Assembly (NCBI GenBank): GCA_037142165.1
Contig: JBAXBD010000001.1
Span: 1-43,004 of the forward strand
Source: Schlesneria sp.
GTDB lineage: Bacteria; Planctomycetota; Planctomycetia; Planctomycetales; Planctomycetaceae
Reading direction: 5' to 3'
DNA: 43,004 bases
The notes below the pieces were generated by a model that had not been told where the DNA came from, made no database searches, and was given only the letters and a program-made list of their open reading frames with translations. A program made the translations under genes and the position numbers. Shown here piece by piece: positions 1-7,223 of this stretch (position 1 is the first letter of the stretch; each line of letters begins with the position of its first letter).

Positions 1-2965
1 CCTCTTTCTTGAGACGTGCCACTTCGGCCTGCAGATCGACCACCCCTTCCAAAGGTAGGTAACCATCGGCATCACCGAGTGCAAAGCTGGCGCTGGCATT
101 TGGTCGAGTGACACTTGGTCCAGCGTCGGTCAGCGTCGCTTTCGCCAGCATCTCGAATTGCGGCTTAACTTGATTGAGGTCGGCGGCAATCTCTTGCGAA
201 CAACGAACGGAGATCGAAACGGCGACGGCGGGACTGATGTTGTACGTCCCTCGCACATTTCGGACGGCGACGATCAAGTCTTGTAATCGCTGGAATCGGG
301 CTTCCAGCGAAGCGTCACGATAACCCTCAAGACCCGTCGGCCACGGGGCAACGATGATCGCTTCTGCCGACTTCGTCGGGGCAGGCAAACCTCGCTCAGG
401 GGCGATCTCAGCCAATCGCTGCCACAGTTCTTCGGTGATGAATGGAGTAAACGGATGTAGCAGCCTCAAGGTTGTATCCAGCACGGCAACAAGTACTCGC
501 TGAGCCGTAGGCTTGAGAGCTTCGTCTCGCAGGCGAGGCTTGATCATTTCCAGATACCAGTCACAGAACTCGTTCCAGACGAAGTCACGTAACGAACGAG
601 TCGCCGCGTCAAACTTGTAGACACTTAGTAACGAAGTCACTTCGTCCGTGACCGTGGCCAGTCGTGACAGAACCCAGCGATCCTCAATGGCCAGCGATGC
701 AGGGTCAACGGTTCCTGGCGTATAGCCTTCCAGGTTCATCATCGCGAACCGGGCCGCGTTCCACAGTTTGTTGCAGAAGTTGCGACCGAACTCGAAGCGT
801 TCGATCACGATTCTCGCGACCAGTTCACCTTCGTCCGGTATGTAGTTCGGCGTGGCGTACTGTGAGTCCTTCTTGCACTTGGGGCACTTGATCTTCGGCT
901 TGCCCGGTTTGAATTTCAGATGATGTGGGTCCTGAGGAATCACCCCCTGGCAATGAGGGCACTCGTAACCGACCGGCAACCGCACGTCCTGCGTTTCGCC
1001 CGCAAACGACGCGATGGTAAACCGCATGCCGTCGCAGCCGTATTTCTCAATCAACTCGATCGGATCGACGCCGTTCCCCTTCGACTTCGACATCGTCTGT
1101 CCGAATCCATCCTGAATCTTGGGATGAATACAGACATGCTTGAAGGGAACGTCTCCCATGTTATAGAGACCCGTCAGCACCATCCGCGCCACCCACAACG
1201 TGATGATGTCACGCGAGGTCACCAGCACGCTGCCGGGATAAAAGTACGGCAGGACTTCGTTCTTACCGGTCGCCGAAGGGTCTGCGCGCCCGTCGAGCGG
1301 AGGATTGTGCTTTTTATCGGGCCAACCCAGCGTTTCGTGCGGCCACAATGCCGAACTAAACCATGTGTCGAGCACGTCCTCGTCCTGAACAAATCCATTG
1401 TCTTTAAGACGTTGCTCAATCCCGGAATACCCATGCTCAACACAAGCAAGAATGCGAGTCTTGCCGTCATCGGTCAAATGTTGTTGAAAACAGACCGGGC
1501 TTGATGACCCGTCTTCATGTAGCGGGCCTCGAATCGAAGTATCATCGATTTCTTCCCCTTTGAGGACTCTGTTGGCTGCATCCTCTATTCTTCCAACCGC
1601 TATTCCAAACTCATTGAATGGAAGCAGGTGTGCGTCGATTATTTCAGGCACCGACTCAACAATAACCGACCAGACTGGTATCCGGTGTCCCCACCAGAGT
1701 TGTCGGCTGATGCACCAGTCCCGCTTCTCGCCCAACCAGTCGAGATACGACGAACGATATCGTTCGGGATAGAACGTCACCCGGTTGTCGTTGACGGCAT
1801 CGATCGCGGCCTGTGCCAGCGTGTCCATCTTCACGAACCACTGCTCGGACAGGTAAGGCTCGACAGGGGTCTTCGAGCGATCGCTATGCTTCATCGGAAT
1901 CTTGCGATCTTCCACTTTCTCGAAGTGCCCGAGCTTTTCCATCTCGGCCACCACGGCGTCACGTGCGACCAGTCGATCCAGACCCTGCCATGTTCCGCCG
2001 TTCTCGTTCAGGCTCCCGTCGGGGTTCAAAATGTTGATCGGCTCGCCCATCGCTTCTTTGTTGCGAGTCCAGCAGGCGTAGTCGTTCGGATCGTGCGCAG
2101 GGGTCACCTTCACGCAGCCGGTTCCCAGCGTTTTGTCAGCCAGCAAGGCATCCGCCACAATCGGAATCAACCGACCGTTGATGGGGATGCGAACTTGCTT
2201 GCCGATCAGATGAGTGTATCGCTCGTCAGTCGGATGGACGCAGACTGCGGTATCGCCAAGCATCGTTTCGGGACGAGTCGTGCTGAACGAAATGCGGTCG
2301 CCCGTTGGCTGTCCCGCATCGTCGATCACGGGATAGTTCATCGTCCAGAAGTGACCGTCGATCTCTTCGTCGTAGACTTCATCATCGGCTACAGCGGTTT
2401 GCAGGAACGTATCCCAGTTCACCAGCCGCTTACCGCGATAGATCAGTCCGTCTTTAAACATCTTGAAGAAAGTCTGTCGCACAGCGCGCGAGCAAACTTC
2501 GTCCAACGTGAACCGAACACGTCGCCAGTCGCAGCTTGCACCCAGGCTTTTCAACTGGCTGAGAATCCGTTTTTCGTACGCATCCTTCCAGGTCCAGATC
2601 CGTTTGACGAGTGCCTCGCGGCCAATGTCGTGCCGCGTCAGTCCCTCTTCTTCGAGCATCCGTTTTTCAACGACCGATTGAGTCGCAATTCCAGCGTGAT
2701 CGGTCCCCGGCATCCACAGGGCTTCATAACCCTGCATACGGCGCCAGCGAGTCAACAGGTCTTGCAGAGTTCCATTGAGCGCATGGCCCATATGCAGCGC
2801 ACCCGTCACATTCGGCAACGGGATCATGATGACATGCGGCGGCTTGGGATGCGGATCACCCTGCTTTGGCGGATTGGCGTTGAAGTCACCTCGCTCTTCC
2901 CAAAACGGGGACCAACGAGCTTCAGCCAGGGCGGGATCATACTGCTTGGGGATTTCGGTCGTCAT
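1..2965 (-). CDS. valS: Valine--tRNA ligase (3' end runs off the window)
   Basis: Not in the ORF track because it is truncated. Manual translation of several segments from ATG 2965, all in the same frame, gives MTTEIPKQYDP...PNVTGALHMGHAL (HIGH motif), WWGHRIP, DEDVLDTWFSS, GQTMSKSKGNG (KMSKS motif), NFCNKLWNAARF and the coiled-coil arm YLPLEGVVDLQAEVARLKKE at the edge. Confidence 0.97.
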   Translation of the reverse strand, partial: MTTEIPKQYDPALAEARWSPFWEERGDFNANPPKQGDPHPKPPHVIMIPLPNVTGALHMGHALNGTLQDLLTRWRRMQGYEALWMPGTDHAGIATQSVVEKRMLEEEGLTRHDIGREALVKRIWTWKDAYEKRILSQLKSLGASCDWRRVRFTLDEVCSRAVRQTFFKMFKDGLIYRGKRLVNWDTFLQTAVADDEVYDEEIDGHFWTMNYPVIDDAGQPTGDRISFSTTRPETMLGDTAVCVHPTDERYTHLIGKQVRIPINGRLIPIVADALLADKTLGTGCVKVTPAHDPNDYACWTRNKEAMGEPINILNPDGSLNENGGTWQGLDRLVARDAVVAEMEKLGHFEKVEDRKIPMKHSDRSKTPVEPYLSEQWFVKMDTLAQAAIDAVNDNRVTFYPERYRSSYLDWLGEKRDWCISRQLWWGHRIPVWSVIVESVPEIIDAHLLPFNEFGIAVGRIEDAANRVLKGEEIDDTSIRGPLHEDGSSSPVCFQQHLTDDGKTRILACVEHGYSGIEQRLKDNGFVQDEDVLDTWFSSALWPHETLGWPDKKHNPPLDGRADPSATGKNEVLPYFYPGSVLVTSRDIITLWVARMVLTGLYNMGDVPFKHVCIHPKIQDGFGQTMSKSKGNGVDPIELIEKYGCDGMRFTIASFAGETQDVRLPVGYECPHCQGVIPQDPHHLKFKPGKPKIKCPKCKKDSQYATPNYIPDEGELVARIVIERFEFGRNFCNKLWNAARFAMMNLEGYTPGTVDPASLAIEDRWVLSRLATVTDEVTSLLSVYKFDAATRSLRDFVWNEFCDWYLEMIKPRLRDEALKPTAQRVLVAVLDTTLRLLHPFTPFITEELWQRLAEIAPERGLPAPTKSAEAIIVAPWPTGLEGYRDASLEARFQRLQDLIVAVRNVRGTYNISPAVAVSISVRCSQEIAADLNQVKPQFEMLAKATLTDAGPSVTRPNASASFALGDADGYLPLEGVVDLQAEVARLKKE

Positions 2966-4530
2966 AGGGTCTTTTCACTATCTTTATACAGTTTGTATTC
3001 CACACTATCGACCAGGGCCAGCCAGCTTGCTTCGATCACGTTTTCGCTGACACCGACTGTACTCCAGACGTCGGTATGGTCGCGACTTTCGATCACGACG
3101 CGAACGCGGGCCGCCGTCCCTTCCGCCGAATTGATGACTCGCACTTTGTAATCGACCAGTTGCATTTCGGCGAGGTTCGGATACGCCACTGATAGCGCCT
3201 TTCGCAAGGCGTTGTCGAGAGCGTTGACCGGACCGTCCCCTTCGGCCACGACGTGTTCCGTGTGCGAGTTGACTCGCAGTTTGACCGTTGCTTCCGTGAT
3301 CGTTCCTTGTCCCGCCGTTGTCTCGACATTCACTCGGTAATGCAGCCGTTGGAACTTTGGCTGATAGACACCCGCCTCTTTCCGGACGAGCAAATCAAAC
3401 GACGCTTCGGCAGCCTCGAACTGATAGCCCTCATTCTCCAGATCGACCACTCGTTCGAGAATGCGTCCCATCAGAACTTTATCGTTTTCGATCTGATACT
3501 TCGTCGTCTTGGCGATGATGTTGGATCGACCGGATAGTTCGCTCACCAGCACCCGTCGTTGATTGCCGACGGTTTCCGGTGGAATGTGTTCATAGCTCGA
3601 TGCCAGACGGTTAACGGCATGGACGTGCATCCCTCCCTTGTGAGCGAAAGCACTGGTCCCCACAAAGGCCTGACCCGACCGAAAGTTCATGTTGGCAATC
3701 TCGTAGACGTAACGAGACAGTTCCGTCAGGTGAACCATGCCACCCGGCAGCAGAACGTCGTATCCCTTCTTCAAAGCCAGATTCCCCACAACACTGATCA
3801 GGTCGACATTCCCGCAACGTTCGCCGATGCCGTTGATCGTTCCCTGAACCTGGATTGCACCATGATCGACGGCGGTTAACGAGTTCGCGACCGCCAGTTC
3901 ACAATCATTATGACAGTGGATACCAACCGGAATCTTCAGTTCTTTTCGTACCGCTTCGACCGCCTTGGCGATATCTTCCGGCAGGCGTCCACCGTTGGTA
4001 TCGCATAGGACGATCGTACTCGCTCCGGCATCTTGAGCCGCCACAACGGTCTTCAGAGCAAACTCGGGGTTTGCTCGAAACCCATCGAAAAAATGCTCGG
4101 CGTCATAGAAGACTTCGCGCCCTTCCGCCTTCAGGAACGCCACGGAATCGCGAATCATCGCCAGATTTTCCGCTTCATCGACGTTCAAGACTTCGATGAC
4201 ATGCAAGTCCCAGGTCTTGCCGACGATGGTGACGACGGGCGAATGGGCATCGCGTAGGGCACACATGCCGATATCGTCTTCTGCGGAGCAGCCGCGTCGG
4301 CGGGTCATCCCGAACGCCACAATCTTTGCATGCTTCAGCGTCAGGTCACGTGCTCGAACGAAGTATTCCGCATCCTTGGGATTCGAAAGAGGATACCCAC
4401 CTTCGATGAAATCGATGCCGACATCATCCAACTTCTGAGTGATCAGCAGCTTATCCTGCAGCGAGAAGTTGATTCCTTCGCCCTGACTGCCATCTCGCAG
4501 TGTCGTATCGTAGATCTGGATTCTCGGCAT
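2962..4530 (-). CDS. cimA: Citramalate synthase (LeuA/CimA DRE-TIM family)
   Basis: YDTTLRDGSQGEG, DAEHFFDG, HCHND, GERCGN, FAHKGGMH and a C-terminal regulatory domain (GDGPVNALD, DYKVRV, WSTVGVSENVIEASW). Start moved to MPRIQIY at 4530 because the longer ORF start lies inside the terminator. Confidence 0.93.
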   Translation of the reverse strand: MPRIQIYDTTLRDGSQGEGINFSLQDKLLITQKLDDVGIDFIEGGYPLSNPKDAEYFVRARDLTLKHAKIVAFGMTRRRGCSAEDDIGMCALRDAHSPVVTIVGKTWDLHVIEVLNVDEAENLAMIRDSVAFLKAEGREVFYDAEHFFDGFRANPEFALKTVVAAQDAGASTIVLCDTNGGRLPEDIAKAVEAVRKELKIPVGIHCHNDCELAVANSLTAVDHGAIQVQGTINGIGERCGNVDLISVVGNLALKKGYDVLLPGGMVHLTELSRYVYEIANMNFRSGQAFVGTSAFAHKGGMHVHAVNRLASSYEHIPPETVGNQRRVLVSELSGRSNIIAKTTKYQIENDKVLMGRILERVVDLENEGYQFEAAEASFDLLVRKEAGVYQPKFQRLHYRVNVETTAGQGTITEATVKLRVNSHTEHVVAEGDGPVNALDNALRKALSVAYPNLAEMQLVDYKVRVINSAEGTAARVRVVIESRDHTDVWSTVGVSENVIEASWLALVDSVEYKLYKDSEKTL

Positions 4531-4561
4531 GAGTCTGCTTTCGGTATCGATTCGCATTAAG

Positions 4562-4592
4562 AAAAAAGCCCTCAGGTGCAACCTGAGGGCTT
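4562..4592 (-). terminator. Intrinsic (attenuator) terminator upstream of cimA
   Basis: The minus strand reads AAGCCCTCAGGT-TGC-ACCTGAGGGCTTTTTT: a perfect 12-bp stem ending in a U-run about 30 nt before the cimA start. Confidence 0.9.
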
Positions 4593-4626
4593 GTGTTGTA
4601 TTGGTTCAATAACACCCCGAGGCCGC

Positions 4627-4719
4627 TTACACGTCTCCAATAATCGAAATGACAATAATTCGAGCAGCGATCATCGCTGTTGAATCATGCAGACTTCGAC
4701 CTGACGACGGAAAGGACAT
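4627..4719 (-). CDS. Ile/Val-rich attenuator leader peptide MSFPSSGRSLHDSTAMIAARIIVISIIGDV (alternative start at 4674)
   Basis: Short ORF with 6 Ile and 2 Val in its last 14 codons. Its TAA stop lies immediately before the antiterminator and terminator of an isoleucine-biosynthesis gene. Confidence 0.8.
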   Translation of the reverse strand: MSFPSSGRSLHDSTAMIAARIIVISIIGDV

Positions 4720-4768
4720 CGAGAAAACCTTGCAAAAACGTTTTTACTCAAAAGGAGTATAGACCAAG

Positions 4769-4797
4769 ATCATAAACATTCGTCGGACCCGAGTCAA
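4769..4797 (-). promoter_or_regulatory. Putative sigma70 promoter for leader-cimA-valS
   Basis: Minus strand TTGACT-N17-TATGAT, about 50 nt upstream of the leader ATG. Confidence 0.65.
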
Positions 4798-4815
4798 ATC
4801 GGGTTGGAAATCTTC

Positions 4816-4842
4816 GGGAGGGCGAGGCTGGCCTGCCGAAAC
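4816..4842. repeat. Half copy of the REP-like palindrome family GGGAGGGCGAGGC...GCCTCGCCCTCCC
   Basis: gggagggcgaggctggcctgccgaaac matches the left arm of the complete copy at 23845-23921. Confidence 0.6.
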
Positions 4843-4912
4843 AAGCTGATGATGTGATGTTTGCATTGTTGGGAACGACCTGCTTTTGCACCAGAAAGAC
4901 ACGATAATGGGT

Positions 4913-4944
4913 GCCACTGGCGGCTGCTTTGAGCCGCCAGTGGC
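4913..4944. repeat. REP-like hairpin GCCACTGGCGGCT-N6-AGCCGCCAGTGGC
   Basis: Perfect 13-bp inverted repeat downstream of the 5020-5421 gene, with a degenerate partner (tggcg...cgccagtg) at about 4977-5003. Confidence 0.65.
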
Positions 4945-5019
4945 TTCTCTTTGATCGTCAAAAAGCACAAGAGAATTGGCGAGCGAAGACCACGCCAGTG
5001 TCACTCGGCATCTGTCAAA

Positions 5020-5421
5020 TCATGTTGATGATGGTTGGCGGCGGTGTATATCATGTGTGATGAAAGCAACAATCAACGCAACTTTGATCGCTCCAGAAAT
5101 GGCATACAGCCGCGTCGAAAGGGTCGTCAGACAGATGTCTGCCAACACGAGGCAGATCAGGATTGGCATCGCGATGTTTGTTCCCGCTCGCACGAACCCA
5201 GCAACAAAACCGGACAATCCGGAAAAAACGATTCCGACCATGATGACAATCCCGACACCCATGCCACCATTTGGTCCTGGATGAATAGGGAATTTTGGAG
5301 CAAGTCGTCCCATCACAATCAATAAAAACGGCAGCCCAAAATTCAGTAGCACCGCACTCACTGCACCTGTAATTCCCCAAAAGAGTCGTCTTTCAAGTTT
5401 GGAAGCCGGAAACTCGGACAT
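5020..5421 (-). CDS. Hypothetical small membrane protein (about 4 TM helices)
   Basis: Hydrophobic stretches, and a GGAGG RBS before ATG 5421 (MSEFPASK). Confidence 0.65.
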   Translation of the reverse strand: MSEFPASKLERRLFWGITGAVSAVLLNFGLPFLLIVMGRLAPKFPIHPGPNGGMGVGIVIMVGIVFSGLSGFVAGFVRAGTNIAMPILICLVLADICLTTLSTRLYAISGAIKVALIVAFITHDIHRRQPSST

Positions 5422-6016
5422 CGATCCTCCAGTCATTTAACGAACAAGCCCAAGCCCATCGCGGGGACCGTTCCCACGCCCACGGCACAACCGAGTCGAT
5501 TGTCAGCAAAACCAGACATGTCTTCTTGTTGGGAATGTGAGACGTCACGGAATTTGCATTTCATCGCATCCGTGAACGGTGTCGTGTGCGGACTCGTCAG
5601 AGATCCTGTTAAACGATCTCACGACTTCCGCCATCATCAACCCTCAAACAAAACTATTGAGACCAATGAAGAATACCCGTCCAGTGGATACCGTAGGTGT
5701 GCCCTAGAATTGCGAGCCAGGCCAATAGAAAACCAAGAAAGAATTGGGTCCAAAAAATCAAAACTTGAACACAATTATCGTCAACAGGCAGGTGTGGTAC
5801 GAAAACAACAACATAATCCAGGCCCGCAGTTGGCGATCACCTAAGAACCGCTCAGGGTTGGTCGCCATCCGAAGAAGTCGTCCATGATTCATGCCCTTCG
5901 ATCATCAGGGATTCTTTCGCAGTTGCATGATCTGTTTTCGGATTATCCTTACACGGCCGTCAAATTCACTGGCCGTTTCTGGCGTTAATCTTGAGCTGCC
6001 CGCGAATCTCGGGATG

Positions 6017-6271
6017 TCAGAAACGGATCTCATCCTCCGAGAAAAGTCTGAACGCTTCATCATCTTTAGGATTGTGAAAATCTTTAGATTTGCGGTAGGA
6101 GGCGAGTTTTCTGTCGAGGAATTCCTTCCATTCCCGATCAACAGATATTCGGTCTCGCTGCAATTTTAGCAACAAGAATAAGACGTCTCTCACATGCGGC
6201 GCCAAATCCGCTTCCGAAAGTTCAGCTCTCGAATATCCAAGGCTCTCAAAAAGTTCATTCAAATTGTCCAT
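6017..6271 (-). CDS. Hypothetical protein, possibly truncated or frameshifted
   Basis: MDNLNELFESLGYS... has a plausible helical composition and lies in an AT-richer patch. An overlapping ORF in another frame (5905-6141) may carry its C-terminus. Confidence 0.4.
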   Translation of the reverse strand: MDNLNELFESLGYSRAELSEADLAPHVRDVLFLLLKLQRDRISVDREWKEFLDRKLASYRKSKDFHNPKDDEAFRLFSEDEIRF

Positions 6272-6432
6272 GAATCGTTCTTTGTGATTTCGAGTGGGGA
6301 CAAGAAACAAACAACTTGGAGTATACCCACGGGCTTCTGTTTATTGTCAATTTTTCTTTTGGAATGTCATTGATCACTCTATCAGTTCTCAGATCACCCC
6401 AATGTGATTCTGAAGACCCTATTACACAAATC

Positions 6433-6870
6433 TCAGTCGCAGCGTTTTAGATCGGTGGCCTCAACACTGATTCCAAGATTGTCACACGCCTCACGCAGCC
6501 GCGATTCGGTGATAAACCCTTCATTCGCGGATCGCACAAAGAATCGGTACGCCGAATCAGTCACGGCCCGCCGCGCATGCTTCAGTTCCACATCAGAAAC
6601 TCGAATTGGTGGTTCAGGTGGTTTCGGTTTCGAAAATTCGTCTCTGCGGTCGTGCGCCAGTGTTTCGTGCTTAGTGACGAAACGACTTTGTGCGGATTTC
6701 ATCTGCTCAAACCGTTGGCCATACCGATCGATCACCTCTACGGCATGGCGTGCCTCACTCAGCCAGAAATCGAGATTCGCCGCCTGACCGGCGAGTTGAT
6801 ATCGGTTGAGCGTCATAAATCGCGAAATCTGATTGGCGATCAGGTTTGCGACTTCTGAGGAGTATGACAT
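6433..6870 (-). CDS. Hypothetical helical protein
   Basis: 145 aa, GGAG RBS upstream, normal composition (YQLAGQAANLDFWLSEARHA). Confidence 0.75.
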   Translation of the reverse strand: MSYSSEVANLIANQISRFMTLNRYQLAGQAANLDFWLSEARHAVEVIDRYGQRFEQMKSAQSRFVTKHETLAHDRRDEFSKPKPPEPPIRVSDVELKHARRAVTDSAYRFFVRSANEGFITESRLREACDNLGISVEATDLKRCD

Positions 6871-6898
6871 CGTTAAACAGCTCCTTCATGAGAATTCA

Positions 6899-7013
6899 GC
6901 CACAGATACACACAGAATCACACAGATAAAGAAGAATAAAATCGAACGAAACAGCTTGGCCTGTCTATTCTAATTCTTGTATTTATCAGTGTGAATCTGT
7001 GTTCATCTGTGGC
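6899..7013. repeat. Long inverted repeat made of 10-bp periodic CACAGA units (MITE-like)
   Basis: gccacagatacacacagaatcacacagataaa (6899-6930) matches the reverse complement of 6982-7013 at 28/32 positions. Confidence 0.8.
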
Positions 7014-7223
7014 AAAAATTCATCGCTTTCTCATGGCCCGCGATTGGCCCTGGCTATTTGAACGAATGGCCCTTCAGGCCGGAAGATTGAGCGAAAAAGT
7101 TGTCGTCAACGGTTTCTTTGAAAGGACTCACCTTTCTCCCACAATTTCAAAATCCGCCAATCACACTCGTTGATTCATCTCAACAAAATGAACAAACCCG
7201 AATTAATCGGCAGAGTCTCTCGC

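Noticed and set aside
1628-3151. 507-aa plus-strand ORF (and 920-1504)
   Set aside because: Antisense shadow of valS, which carries all the expected motifs on the minus strand.
4531-4581. N-terminal extension of cimA in the ORF track
   Set aside because: It begins inside the attenuator terminator, and family similarity starts at MPRIQIYDTT.
5500-5844. 114-aa plus-strand ORF
   Set aside because: No motifs or RBS, and it reads like the antisense of hydrophobic minus-strand remnants.
6899-7013. Periodic repeats considered as a possible CRISPR array
   Set aside because: Units are 10 bp, inverted, have no spacers, and no cas genes are present.
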